Positions 1 to 13,215 of a stretch of DNA of 64,000 bases are shown here, one piece after another; positions within the stretch are counted from its first letter, which is position 1, and each line of letters starts with the position of its first letter. The notes below the pieces were generated by a model that saw nothing but the letters and a program-made list of their open reading frames with translations, was not told the origin of the DNA and did no database searches. Origin of the DNA: Chiloscyllium plagiosum (Eukaryota). The stretch spans positions 19,814,117 through 19,878,116 of the forward strand of contig NC_057750.1 of the NCBI RefSeq assembly GCF_004010195.1, read 5' to 3'. Position numbers and translations under genes: made by a program.

Positions 1-1214
1 CACCAACCTAAACACTCCAGAAGTTATGGAGCTTGGACAGAGACGCAGCTCACATCCCCTCCTTGGACAGCTGATGAAAATCTGTGATTTTGTTTGGTTG
101 CAAGGTCCCTACTTTAATGAGTGTAATACATTTACAGTTCTCAGCTGCAACTGTGGCAAGTCCTGAACCCCATTAGAAACCTCGCTCCCAACTCAGTCAT
201 TGGACTGATGATTAGACTGTCAATAAACCAAACTCTCCACTTCTCTTTGAATCAGGTCATCCTCTGCTTTATGCATTGGACCAAATCCTGATTAAAGCCA
301 GTACAGGATCAGGGAATAGGTAATCAGAACCTGTGTATGATTTAAAAAAAGACTACTCCATGTATCTTACATAACATAACAGACAGGCCTCCCTTTGTGG
401 TAATGAGTGAGGGTTAGGACTACTGTGATATTTCCACTGCAAATCTGCACATCTGGGACTTTAATCAGATCACCCCTTAGCCTCAAAAATTCTAGCAAAC
501 ACAAGCCTCAATTACAGGAATTGCTCATCAGGTCTGTTATCTGTGGGACAGAATGCAGATTTAATATTTCAAGTCTACTGATCCTTCGTCAGAACTTACT
601 TGCATAACCACTGCTCATACATTCAAACTGTAAAAAACCGGAAGAGGTGACAGAACACCGAGATCAGAAAATGCTGCAGCAACAGTGAAGTTGGGAATCT
701 CTGTCAATGGACTATTTCACCGAGAATACTACTCAGTGAATTGCTATCATTGCTCAAGTGGCTGAATAAGGCTGAGCAGTCAGTGAGCTAGAGACATTAT
801 TGTTCAAAAGATAAAACCAAAGAGCAGATCAGCAGCAGATTAAAGGAAGTTCAATTGACACAGTGCCATACCAAAAACACCAATAAAAGCAACGCTGGTG
901 TAGAATACTTTCTCCACATGATCAATTGGTCGATGCATTTTTCCATGCGAGGTGCTGTGTCCCTTCAGACAGCTGACAAGCTCCTGATTTGAAACTCTAA
1001 GCTGATGCATTCCCAGAACTGCTGCTTTATATTGGGTGGAAGCTTCTCAGGGAGATCGAGGTTGCAGCATTGCTCAGCTTTTGTTGCTGTTTTTCACATT
1101 TCTGTAAATGAATAAACTAAGTGGAACACTGAGTTTAATTCCAATTCTGATGGAGCATTTTTGCACATTACATTATAATGAAGCAACAAAAACTGAATCT
1201 GGAATCTGCCAGCA

Positions 1215-1505
1215 ATAACTGGACTGTTAATTCAGATACCCAGGTGACATTCTCGGTACCTGGGCTCGAATCCCGCCATGGCAGATGGTGGAATTTAAAT
1301 TGAATAAATTTCTAGAATAAAGAATCCAATAATGACCATGAATCCATTGTCAGAAAAAACCCCATCTCGTTCGTTAATGTCCATAAGGGAAGGAAACTGC
1401 TTTCCTCACCTAGTCTGGCCTACATGTGACTCCAGATCCACACAATGTGGTTGACTCTTAACTGCCCCCGGGCAATTAGGGATGGCAATAAATGCTGCCT
1501 AGTCA
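1215..1505 (+). mobile_element. tRNA-derived SINE with a CR1-like 3' tail (shark SINE family 2)
   Basis: B-box-like GGGCTCGAATCCC; body AGGGAAGGAAA..GGCCTACATGTGACTCCAGA; tail GGCAATAAATGCTG. Homologous copies at ~14495-14765 (+), ~33700-34030 (-) and ~57262-57430 (-). Confidence 0.7.
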
Positions 1506-2449
1506 GAGACACACTCTTGATAAGAAGTAAATGCAGTTTAAATTATCAGTCCTACCTTGTTCTCTGCTTTGTTCCTTTAACTTGCTCACTTTTTCAACTG
1601 TACCACTCAGATTGATCTCTTTCCTTACCTTCTCCCACCCTTAACCTTACTAGTTTAAATCCCCCCGAACAGCTCTAGTAAATCTCCCTGCCAGTATCAT
1701 AGTATATCAAGATGAATTTTTTGTCATCTATGTGCTCCTGGTTTTTTTCAACCATCTGATCAAACAGGGTCTCGACTAATTCCGCTTCAACCTTCTTATC
1801 TGTACTTTTTGATCTCTCCTGTTTCAACTGGTGACTTTATGACCTGGTTGTCACATAGTCATGAAACGTCCCAGGATATGTGTCCTGCAAGAGTTCAGTT
1901 GCCTGAGGTTTCACTTATTTTTCAACCACAGTAGGCAGTATTCCTACCTGTGAACCAGCTACATTGTTAGCAAGGATAAATTCTATTCCTGGAGCTGAGA
2001 GTTTTTCCAGACTCCTACCACAACTTCTTCACTCTTCACTGGACACTCTAACCTCAATCTACACTTTGAGCACTTCTTGTCTCACCGTGAAGTCACTTTA
2101 CGAGCACCTTTTCGGCAGTAGTTCTTCAGAGGAATTTATCTTCTCATCTTTCAACATTATAAATTTAGAGAAGCCTATATCTCTTAATATTGTAAGTTCT
2201 TAACCTGCTGCTCCTCTCCTATACGAATAAATTCTACCTTCACATATTTAAGGTAAGCTGGCACTTTCTCCTTAAATAACCTCCGACCAGGTTGTACATT
2301 CTGGTGCAATTTGCTAGCCTCCACTGTGCTTTCTTGGCTACAAGAGCTCTCCATGTATTTGTGTGTTACTTCAGTGAGCTGGATAGCTGCATATGTGATG
2401 CTAACAGTGCAGTTTCAATTCCTGCAACAGCTGAGGTTACCACAAAGAC

Positions 2450-3578
2450 TGATCACTTTATATCTCCGTCTCTGACCCAGGGAAGAGCAGACTGATCTTA
2501 TTGTGTTGGTATCACTTACCCATGGGTGAGCAGGTTGAAACTGTCATATCTGTATCTCAGACTCTTGGGAGACAGATTGACCCCACTATGTCTCTGACTC
2601 AGAGGAGAGCTGACTGATCCCACTGTGTCTCTGTCACTGACCCAGGGAGAGTAGACCGACCCCAATGTGTCTGTATCACTGACCTCGGGAACTGCAGACT
2701 GATATCAATGTGTCAGAATCATAGAAATTTAGAGCATGGAAGCAAATCTTTCAGTCCAACTCATCCTAACCGACTAGGTGTCCTCAATTAATCTCGTCCC
2801 ATCTGCCAGCATGTGCGTCTGTTAGAGACCCAGTGATGAGCAGACCAACCCCATTATGTCTCTGTCACTGACCCAGGGGAGAGCTGACTAACGCCAGTGT
2901 GTACCTGTCACTGACAAAGGGGAGAACAGACTGACCCCATTGTGCGTCTGTAACTGACTCTGCAGACAATGCACTGACACCATTGTGTCTCTCTGTTAGA
3001 GATCTCGGGGTGAACACACTGAGCACACTACGTCGCTGTCACTGACCTCTGGGAAAACACACTGATCCCACTGTTTCTCTGACACTAATGCAGAGGACAG
3101 CAAACTGACCTCACTGCATCCTGTCAATCTCCTTGGAAAGAGCAAACTGACCCTATTATTTATCTGTCACTGACCCAGGGGAAAGCAGTATGAATGCACT
3201 CCATCTCTGTTGCTGACCCAGCTGAGAGCAAACTGATCCCTCTGTCTCTCTGTCACAGACCCAACAGAGAGCAGATTGACCCCTATTGCACATTTAGGGG
3301 AGAGCAGACTGAACCTAAAGTGTGTGCATATCACTGACCTGGAGGAGAGCCGAATAACTCCACTGCATATCTTTTACTGATGCAGGGAGAGCAGACTGAT
3401 CCCACTGCATCTCAATACCTGACCAGAGGAGAGGAGACTGACCCCGCTGTTTCCCTGTAACTGATCAAGTAGACAGTAGACCGATCCCACCGATCCCACT
3501 ATGTCTATTTTATTGAACCAGAGAGTGAACAGACTGGTCACATTGTGTCCCATACCCTGACCCAGGGGAGAGCAGACT
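2450..3578. repeat. Degenerate ~42-bp minisatellite (consensus approx. GTGTCTCTGTCACTGACCCAGGGGAGAGCAGACTGACCCCACT), roughly two dozen units, interrupted by a CR1 3' fragment at ~2715-2812
   Basis: TCACTGA recurs at 2634 and 2676 (42 nt apart); the motif ACTGACCC..GGGAGAGCAGACTGA repeats throughout. Confidence 0.85.
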
Positions 3579-3859
3579 TTTTCTTTGTTTATTCATTTTT
3601 GGGACATATATGTTGCTGGCTGGCCTATCCCTAGTTGCCCTTGAGAATGTGATGATGAGCCAGAAGATTGTGAGGTTTGAAAGGATAGTCTAAAATGTTT
3701 TCTCTTGCACTGACTGTGGGTTTCAGTGGAATGAAAATTAATCCTCCAGAGATTATTCAGAGAAAGTTTAGAACTTCCTTAAACTGTTCAGAACTGAGTC
3801 TTAACATGGGCCAGAAATCCCAAATGTTACTCTTTTCCTCTGATCTGGCCAATCTTGAC

Positions 3860-4130
3860 ATTGCAGGAGGAGATCCAGAGATAGGGTGATGTGCTTGGGT
3901 GGGAGCGGGTGACAGAGATAGGGATGCTGCAGTTGGATGGCATTACACAGAAAGTAAGGTGCACAGACTGGAGTAGATCACAGAGACAGGAAGGGTTGGA
4001 GGTTGATACAGAGATAATGAGAGTTGCAGACATTGAAAGAATTTTCAGAGATAGGGAGGGGTGAAAGCGCTGTGAAAGATTACAGGGATAGAGAGGGCTG
4101 GAGTTTTAACAGGAGTGGAGCAGGTTAAAG
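3860..4130. repeat. Degenerate purine-rich minisatellite (ACAGAGATAGGGAGGG core)
   Basis: CAGAGATAGGG-like motif recurs every ~30-35 nt. Confidence 0.6.
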
Positions 4131-5639
4131 GAGTCTCGTGTCAAAGGTACAGAGCGGAGATTCTGTGGCAGTTGTGTTGAAACTAGGAGAATATATTGCT
4201 TTCTTGATGTCAGGATAAGGACATCTCAAAACGTTTGAAGCATATTGTGAAAAGGGGAGAGTGAGAAAAGGGTAGGAATGAGATAGGTAGGGAAAAGATT
4301 AATGCTTTACAGTGTGAGTATAGGAGGTTAGGTAGAAGATTTAAAAAAGTATCTCAAAAGTAATAATCTCCAGTTTACACCCAATGCCAAGCTCTAATGA
4401 AGGAAAAAATAAAAGGAGAGAGGAATAGAGGCTGAAGAGGTGGTGTAATGTTCAGGGATTCAGGTTCTTCCAGTCTGTCAACAATGACTCTCATAAGCAG
4501 AGAGCTGACTATTGACCCTCTGACCATGTGACACACCCTCAGCAATGCACCTTGAATTGCAACATTGGTTGTACAACATGTTGAGTCACAAAAGTGGAGG
4601 TCCTGCACAGATTCACAAAAATCATACACAGGTATATATTGTGCTGATTATCAGATCACGTTGTATTGAAATGTCTCAAGTTTTATGAGAATTAAGTTAT
4701 TAATTTGATGTTTCAAGATCATTAAAGTGGTTTGGAAGTGTACATAATGAACAATCGATCTGGAGTGAATGTTTAGAAACAAGTTTGGTGGTGGGGACAA
4801 TGACATTGAAGCATTTTTTCCGTGTTCTTTGTTTGATCAAGAAGCATCCTGTACACCAGACACTGTATCCGGTGATGATCAGGTATCTGCACCACAGAGA
4901 CAGGTAAAAGGTGAATACAGATACATGCTACCGCTCAGCAATTACTTTGAAAATTACATCTAATTTTATTTAGGGCATATAAACAAGACATCATAACCAA
5001 ATTTCGTTAATCTGTTGGCTTATGATAAAATCAAACACTCTCCGCAGTCTCCCTTTGTACATGCTCAAGACAAATAAAACAGTGATCAGGTACAAATCTA
5101 AATCCTTCAGCATTCCCCAATAAAGCAGCCCCCTGTCAGGTACAGTATGGTCGTTACAGAGTAAAGCTCCACCTGAACTGTCACTTATTGGGCATTCCCA
5201 GGACAGGTACATCACAGGATCACATAAAGTGGAAGACTGTTCTAGTTGAAACTACTCAACATTGCCAAATCAGGCACTTGCTCGAAACTTCTCAAATGGT
5301 GAGTAGCGTGTGTTTATGAAGTGAAATTAAGCCTCTAAACTGTATAATTCAAAGCAGTTTCAGAGCCTGATTAGCAACAGATTGACAGACCTTAAAGTGG
5401 TGATTTCACAGAGTGAATGATGGATTGGGTAAAAGAGGGAATGAAATACTCTTCCACTTTTCATTTACTTTAATTTAGTAGACAACGTCCAGGACTTGGT
5501 TCTTAATACCGTGCAGTAGAAGGAGATTATTTGAGACTAACTGGCAAGCTATGTTATACCTGGTCAATAATTTAAAACAAATTAAACAGCTCCACTGCAA
5601 AGACATTGTCAGCCTGTGGACTGTGGGATTCTTGGACGT

Positions 5640-7000
5640 TCAAAGCCCATCTGCAGGAACTGTCAGAGCATTATTTTCTCGAATAGGAGTAACTGTGGGC
5701 CATCCACAGGGCTGGGGACTGGGGAAATAATACATTTATGGAAGTGGCCACACTATAGTTAAAGGATGTATGGGTAAATAAGGAATGTGTGACAGCTAGA
5801 TAGTACAGGAGTCCCCTGGGATGATCACCAGTTTCCTGCTTTGGAAACTTGCTGTGGAGAGGATTTGTCAGAGGAATGCAGACAGAGCCACGTCAGTCAC
5901 AACATGTATGCCTCAGCTGGACAGGAAGATAGGAAGAAGAGTGAGATCACAGTACTGACAGTGGGTGCTTTAGTTAGGGAAACAGTTTCTACAGCTATAA
6001 ACATGTCTTCAGCGTGCTCTCTGCTGCCAGGGTCAAGGATATTAAAGAACAGCCGCAGGAAATTCTGCTGCAGGAGTATCAAAGCAGAGGGAGCGATCCA
6101 TGTTGGTGACAAAAACTTCGATAGGAAGGCGGAATTGTGGTCCATAAAGCAGATTCCAAACAGCTAGAAATGACATTGAAGAGCAGGACCTGCAGCACAG
6201 TAATCTCAGAATCATTACCAGCCCCACTTGCTGATCAGAACTGAAGCAGAATATTACAATGATTAACATTTGGCTGGAAAATTGGTTTAGGGGGCAGGCA
6301 GCTTGTATTGGAAGCATTGCGACCAGCTCTGGAGCAGGCCAGGCCTCAACAAGACGGACAGTTTATATCTTGACAATCCTGGAATAAATATCCTCACAAA
6401 TAGGTGCGGTTGTGGATAATATGAAAGATTGTCAAAGGATGCAGGCTAGTTGCAGGTATGGGCAGAGAAATGGCAGATGGAGTTTAATCCGAGTTAGTAT
6501 GAGGTACTGCACTTTGGGAGATCAAATGTTAAGGAAGAGTATGCAGGACCCTGACCATCATTGATGTACAGGAAGATCTTGGGGTCCAAGTCCACAGCTC
6601 CCTGAAAGTTGCCAGGCATGTAGCTAGGGTGGTAAAGAAGGCGTATGGCTTGTTAGCCTTTACTGGTCGGGGAATTGAATACAAGAGTCAGGATGCCATG
6701 TTGTACCTTTATAAGATTTTGGCTCGGCCCCAATTAGAGTATTGTGTTCAACTCTAGTTACCACATTGCAAGAAGGATTGGGGAGACTATAGGGAATGTG
6801 CAGAAGAGATTTACCAAGATTCTGCCTGGAATAGAGAGTATGAGCTATAAGGAGAGGCTACAGAAACTCGGGTTGTTTTCTCTGGAGCGCCGAACGCTCA
6901 GGAGAGAATTAATAGAAGTCTATAAAGATATGACACGCATAGATAGGGTATACAGTCAGAATCTTTTTTTGCCAGATTTGAAATGTTTAATATTAGTGTT
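5640..7000 (+). mobile_element. Decayed CR1 LINE: ORF1 (SGNH esterase-like) remnants joined to an RT 3' fragment
   Basis: LETCCGEDLSEE.. and IHVGD.. resemble the ORF1 at 38964-39734; VQKRFTKILPGIESMSYKERLQKLGLFSLERR is the CR1 RT C-terminus. Confidence 0.75.
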
Positions 7001-7109
7001 GCGAAGTTAAAAGCATGTATGTGCACTTTAAAATAGAAAGTGTTATCTGAATTTTGAAGTAAATTTGAAGCTGAATGGAAAGGCTCAGAGATGATCTGTT
7101 CCAAAATAG

Positions 7110-7195
7110 ATACAAAGAAACCTTGATTATCCGAATGAATCAGGCAGACAATGTTTGTTCGGATAATTGATTATTCAGATAATTGATTTAACTTT
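7110..7195. mobile_element. Tc1/mariner (Tigger-like) terminal fragment / MITE end
   Basis: TACA.AGAAACCTTGATTATCCGAA ... TTCGGATAATTGATTATTCAGATAA, with an internal inverted repeat TTATCCGAA/TTCGGATAA. Confidence 0.45.
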
Positions 7196-7750
7196 AAACA
7201 AGGGAAGCCATATTGATCTAACACTGTACTTTACTAGAGATTTGTAATTCTGTAATTTTAATTTCTGCTATTTAAACAAACTAATCTTTGCATTCTGCAA
7301 ATTGCAGATTAAACTAAGAAGGACTAAACCCTTACCATCACAGAAATAATGAAATCCCAGCATTAAGCTAGATCCCAAACAGCTTCTACAATCACAAGAG
7401 CATTTGTCAATTTCTGCTGAACTCAGTGTCGCAATAGAAAGAAGCACCGTCTCACGCATGTGTTCACTTCCACTATCATATTTTTCATGAAGGACCCAGT
7501 AATGTTATGGGAATAAAGCACTTACTTTTGCAAAGGGCTGAGTAACTAACCCTTACATAAAAAAGTTCCAGTCACTGTCACTTGAGGTGCTTATGTTTCT
7601 TCGTTTTTGCCAACGTTTTCACGTGTTCTTCAGTACAGACAAGCTGAATTCACTTACCTCTTTGACGTAATGTTTTTATGTGACCTTGATACTTTGTTCA
7701 GATAATCTGAAATCTGTATAATTGAGATTTGGATAAACAAGGTTCCTCGT

Positions 7751-8060
7751 GGATGGCACTGGGCTCAGTGGTGAGCACTGCTGCCTCACAGTGCCTGGGA
7801 CCTGGGTTTGATTTCTGTCTTGGGCAACTGTCTGTGTGGAGTTTGCACACAGACAGTTGCCCTGTGTCTCCATGGGTTTCCTCCCACAATCTAAAGATGT
7901 GTAGGCCAGATGAATTTGTCTTGCTACATTGCCCATAATGTTAGATGCATTAATCTGAGGTACTTACAAGGTAAAGGACTGGATCTGCGTGGGTTACTGT
8001 TCGGAAGGGTTGGTGTGGACTTGTTGGGTCTGTTTCCATACTGTCAGGAATCAAATATAA
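7751..8060 (+). mobile_element. HE1-type SINE (diverged)
   Basis: tRNA-like head GGCTCAGTGGTGAGCACTGCTGCCTCACAG; body GTGTGGAGTTTGCAC; tail GGTGTGGACTTGTTGGG. Matches the copy at 26716-27035. Confidence 0.85.
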
Positions 8061-8145
8061 TCCGTGTACATGTAGGAAATGGATACCTGAGTTTTGGTTG
8101 CCGTTTTGACAACAATTCAAATTAAACCAATCAGTTTAGATTATG

Positions 8146-8377
8146 GCTGAAAATGTGTTGCTGGAAAAGCGCAGCAGGTCAGGCAGCATCCAGGGAACAG
8201 GAGAATCGACGTTTCGGGCATAAGCCCTTCTTCAGGAATGAGGAAAGTTTGTCCAGCAGGCTAAGATAAAAGGTAGGGAGGAGGGACTTGGGGGAGGGGC
8301 GTCGGAAATGTGATAGGTGGAAAGAGGTCAAGGTGAGGGTGATAGGTCAGACGGGGGTGGGGGCGGAGAGGTCGGGA
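8146..8377 (-). mobile_element. Penelope-like element terminus (family A), running into an assembly gap
   Basis: GCTGAAAATGTGTTGCTGGAAAAGCGCAGCAGGTCAGGCAGCATCC..GACGTTTCGGGCATAAGCCCTTCTTCAGG, shared with many copies in the window. Confidence 0.75.
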
Positions 8378-9054
8378 NNNNNNNNNNNNNNNNNNNNNNN
8401 NNNNNNNNNNNNNNNNNNNNNNNNNNNNNNNNNNNNNNNNNNNNNNNNNNNNNNNNNNNNNNNNNNNNNNNNNNNNNNNNNNNNNNNNNNNNNNNNNNNN
8501 NNNNNNNNNNNNNNNNNNNNNNNNNNNNNNNNNNNNNNNNNNNNNNNNNNNNNNNNNNNNNNNNNNNNNNNNNNNNATGGGGGGTGGGGGTGGGTGGGGG
8601 TGGGTGGGGGGGGGGGGGAGGTGGTGTAAATAATGTGGGCATTTCCAAAATTCATTGCAAAGAATCTGCCATTGATCAGGGAGCAACTGCTGTACAGTAG
8701 GACAGCCAACTGCCCATCTGAAACTTTGCTCTCAAAGAAATTAGAAAATATTCTCTATCAAATGTACCTTTTTATGTAAAGCATCCTTGCAGTATAAAAG
8801 AAAGAAGATGACCCAGGGAGATTAGCATTGGTGTCAGATAGTAAGTAGTTAAGAAAAGTGGGGCTTGGATTTGTGAATAATTGTTGTTTAGTTCCACTAA
8901 TAGAGTTAAGAAAATAAATTGTCATTTTTCTTTAAATAGTGGTATTCAGAAGTTCTCTGACACTCATATTTTTACAGATTATGAGGTGAGGCGAGCTTTT
9001 CTGGGTTTTTGGTTTAATTCAGAGGTGTTGCACGTCCACATCATAACAGTTGGG

Positions 9055-9265
9055 AGCATGTCTTTAAGGTGAGAGGGGTAAAGTTCAAATGAGACGTGAG
9101 AGGCAAGATTTTTACACAGAGAATGGTAGGAGTCTGAAATTCTGCGCCACCGTTGGTCGTGGCGGGAGATACGATAGAAACATTTCAGGGATTAGCTTAA
9201 TATGGTTTTTTTGTTCAGCACAACATTGTCGGCTGAAGGGCCCATTCCTGTGCTGTACTACGTTC
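9055..9265 (+). mobile_element. CR1 3' fragment
   Basis: TTTAAGGTGAGAGGGG..TTTTTACACAGAG..GGCTGAAGGGCCCATTCCTGTGCTGTAC tail. Confidence 0.65.
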
Positions 9266-10059
9266 TAAATAATTTTGCAAGAACTGTTTGGAATGTGTCA
9301 AATGAGATAGGAAATAGCCTGTGAATGTAAGAGGGATCTCGGCTTCATGGGAAAGATGCATTCATATTTTCTCCCTAGCCGATCAATTTCTTGGTCATCC
9401 TTTGCTGAATTCTAAATTGCTCCCAATTATCATACTTACCATTGTTTCTGGCATTCTTATCTACCATTTCATTTGTAATCTGTAACTTGTTTTGGACCAT
9501 CATAACAGATGGTAACATTTATATCACAACAGAATATCGAACGCTTTCATATAGAGTTTATAAAATCCTAAAATATAAAGAGATCTGTGGCTGACCATGT
9601 AACATTTTGAATCCACAAGGGATACAATGGAATAAATGACTTTTTCACTGATTATGAACAGGGGCAGGATTTTAGGAGCTGTTTTGAAGAAGAAAACAAT
9701 TCTTCATGGTGGCGTGAATATCTTTTTCAATTTATCATACCCTTCATTATGAAGCCACAATGCAAACAGGATTCTTCTAAAGCCAGTTCCCATTGACCTC
9801 AATAGGGTCAGTGAGAGCCAGAAAACTTGATCATGAAGGCACTGAGGATGTCAGTTCATCTGTCACATCTGACCCCATTTCTGTACTTTGAATCCCGTCA
9901 GTCACTGAGACCTCTGATTGGGCCTCGGATGGCCCATTACCACAGCAGCAGCAGGAAATAAATGAATAAAGAAAGGGAGTGATATCAGCATCAGGGCAGG
10001 AGGTACTGAAGGGAAAGTAAACTATTGCTGAAAATGCATTTGTAATCAAAAGGAATGTT

Positions 10060-10503
10060 CAAAATTCATCAACAGATGCCTAAGGGAAAGACAACAGAAT
10101 GAGGACATGCCGCAACCCAAAGGACTAGCCACACTACCATACATCAAGAACATCTATAAAATGACAGCCAGACTACTGCGACCACTAGGACTTATAACAG
10201 CACACAAACCAACCGCCACTCTCAGACAACAACTCACCAGAACGAAGGACCCGATACCCAGCATGAGCAAAACTATTGTAGTGTACAAAATCCCATGCAA
10301 GGACTGCACAAAACACTACATAGGGCCACTACAGCAGACAGCTGAAACTGACAACTGGAAGCGGCAGGGACAGGTCACTATAAATGCCGGAGGCAACACC
10401 ACAGAAGCGCTTCACAGGAGGCTCCCAAGCACTAAGGATGTCACCTAGACAGGGGACGAAACGTTTGCAACAAAAACTTCCAGCTCGGCGAACAGAACCA
10501 CAG
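10060..10503 (+). mobile_element. Penelope-like element fragment (family B) encoding the GIY-YIG endonuclease start, internally deleted
   Basis: ORF 10107-10448 LPYIK..VVYKIPCKDCTKHYIG; 13-bp TSD CAAAAGGAATGTT at 10047-10059 and 10504-10516. Confidence 0.85.
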
Positions 10504-10999
10504 CAAAAGGAATGTTTTAAAATAGTGTTTATTTATTCATTGTAACTGGAAACTTCTTGAAACGTGCTTCAAACATGGGGGAAACGTGCTTGAGCAACCT
10601 GATAATGGATTTTTTTTTCAGATTACATTTCCTACAGTGTGGAAACAGGCCCTTCGGCCCAATCAGTCCACACCGACCCTCCGAAGAGTAACTCAAGAGC
10701 CAGGAAAAGTATTGTTAGTATTTGATGACTTTGATCTTTTCCAGAAAACCATTGATTTTACCGATATGCTGAAAGGCAACAATCTGAGTTTCAGGTCTGA
10801 ACCTTTTCTGAAATATCTCGTATTGTGTGTTGCCATATAAAAGGGTGATTGCCGAAGGGCTTCTCAATGTTGGTGACAAGCTGCAGATTCTTGGAAAAGT
10901 CAGATTAAATCAAATGTCGATATCCTGGGGGTCAATGCATAAAAGGTGACATATCAGCTCAGACGTTTGAGTCTGTCTGTATTCTAAACTTGAGGGTGA

Positions 11000-11517
11000 A
11001 CTTGCATTTGCAGAATTGTACTTGAAGATATATTCTATTTTGTTCAAAAAGCACACAATCTGTAGGCAGTAAATCCACGTGACATTTTATGATTACCTAC
11101 TTTGGAAATAGAACCAGTCTGACTCAAGGTTGGAATACAGAATCTAACCTCACACCTTTAATGCATTGTCTGAGCTGAGATGTCACCTGTTTTTATAAAA
11201 CCTTACGTTATGTCGGGAATGTGACTTGAATGAAATTCAGGGATTTACATATTAATGAATTGAAGTCTGCAACCCATTCTAAAAGATTAAAGACTTAACA
11301 GCAATCTAGGTTTGTTCAATATATATCATCTCAGTTGCATGACACTATGATCTTTTGCTATAAGTTCTGTGTCCTATGATCCTGTCACATTAGCTAACTG
11401 ATGAAGGAGCAGTACTCTGAAAGCTTGTATTTCCAAATAAACTTATTGGACTATAACCTGTTCTTTTGTGATTACTAACTATGTCAACTTCAGTCCAATC
11501 CAGCAACTCCACATCAT
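11000..11517 (+). mobile_element. Penelope-like 3' region (family C)
   Basis: CTGATGAAGGAGCAG..GAAAGCT..CCAAATAAAC..GGACTATAACCTG; homologues at 29143-29412 and 60385-60690, the latter adjoining Penelope RT sequence. Confidence 0.65.
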
Positions 11518-11715
11518 GCCCAGCAGAGGGAGATCATACTGTGACTCGTGTGTCTGTCCATCCATCTGTAACATGTACAATCCTCCATAGAAGGGGAACA
11601 TGTTGTGACTGCGTGTGAGTGAGTGATATTCAGAGTCGAGCAGAGCAAGATTGTTGTTTTGGTGTGTGTGCTGTACTTGACACTGTCCTGAGTATAATTA
11701 TCTTTAATACAAATT

Positions 11716-12100
11716 GTAGGAGACAGTGAGGACTGCAGATTCTGGAGAGTCAGAATTGAAAAGCATGGCACTGGAAAAGCACAGCAGGTCAGGCAGCATC
11801 CGAGGAGCAGGATAATTGACATTTCGGGCATAAGCCCTTCATCTGGAATATGGAGGGGAAGGGGGATGAGTGATAAAGGGGGGTGGGGGTAGGAATGAAG
11901 GCAGCTGGAAAGCATTAGGTGAATTCAGGTGGCAGGTAATAGTGATACGTTGGTGATGAGGCTGGAGCAGACAGGTGGGAAGGATGCTGGGCAGATAAGT
12001 TATCAAGAGGGCCGTGCCAGGTTGGAGTTTTGAAGCTAAAATGAGGTGAGGGTAGGGGAGAGTTGGAAACTAGTGAAGTCGATGTTGATGCCGTGCATTG
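11716..12100 (-). mobile_element. Penelope-like terminus (family A)
   Basis: GGAAAAGCACAGCAGGTCAGGCAGCATCC..ATTTCGGGCATAAGCCCTTCATC. Confidence 0.7.
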
Positions 12101-12319
12101 CCCTCGTGACAGGATCATAGGACACAGAACTTATAGCAAAAGATCATAGTCCTACCTGTCCATCTCAATGCTCTTGCAGTCTCTGTCACAGTGAACAAGA
12201 CCCAGGAGAAACCATTCTTTCTAAGTTGATCTCTCAACCTGTCCTGCCAAGGTGGATGGCATAAACCCATATCTTCCATTGCACTTCTGCTCCTGCAAAC
12301 CCCCTTTATTTACCTGCGA

Positions 12320-13215
12320 TGTGATTGTAGGAGGTATTGTCAATAAGTTTGTAGACACTAAAATTGGAGGCATAGTGGACAGCGAAGAAGGCATCTCAGA
12401 GAATGATGTGACCTTGATCAGATGGGTTGAGGAGTGGCAGATGGAGTTTAATTTAGATAAATGCGCGGTGTTGCATTTTGTAAAGGCAAATCTGGGCAGG
12501 ACTTTACACACTTAAAGGGAAGGTCCTGGGGAGTGTTGTCAAACAAAGGGGCCTTGGAATCCAGGTCCATAGTTCGTTGAAAGTAGAGCCATAGGTAGAT
12601 AAGATAGTGAAGAAGCCTTTTTTTACTTTTACCTTTATTGGTCAGTGCATTGATATAGGAGTTGGGAGTTCATGTTGTGGTTGTATAGGACATTGGTTCA
12701 GTCACATTTTGAAAAGCTGCTTTCAATTCTGTTCTCCCTGTTACCGGAATGATGTTGTGAAACTTGAAAATGTTGAACGATTTACAAGGATGTTGTCAGG
12801 GTTAAAGGGTTTGAGTAGAGAGAGAGGGTGAATAGGCTGGGACGATTTCCTCTGGTGTCAGAGCCTGAGGGGTGACCTTATAGAGGTTTATAAAATCATG
12901 AGGGACATTGATAAGCTGAAGAGCCAAGGTCTTTTTCCCAGGGTGGGGAGGCATAGGTATAAGGTGAGAGGGGAAAGTTATAAAAGTGACCAAAAGAGCA
13001 ACATTTTCATGAAAGGGTGATGCGTGTATGGAATGAGGTGCCACAGGAAGTTATTGAAGTGGTACAATTACAACATTTAAAAGGCACTTAGATGGGTATA
13101 GGAACAGGAAGAGATAGAGGGATCTTTGCCAAATGTGACTAGGTTAATTTGGTCAAGTTTGGTCAGCATGGACCTTGAACCAAAGGATCTGCTTCTGCGC
13201 TGGGTAACTCTATGC
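12320..13215 (+). mobile_element. 5'-truncated CR1 LINE
   Basis: VNKFVDTKIGGIVDSEE..WQMEFNLDKC RT motifs followed by the CR1 3' UTR. Confidence 0.85.

Noticed and set aside
2450..3578. CRISPR-like array
   Set aside because: Units are contiguous degenerate tandem repeats with no unique spacers and no cas genes; the context is eukaryotic.
8261..8709. Pro/Gly-rich ORFs (and ORFs 51030-51473)
   Set aside because: Artefacts of reading through N gaps and G-rich low-complexity edges.
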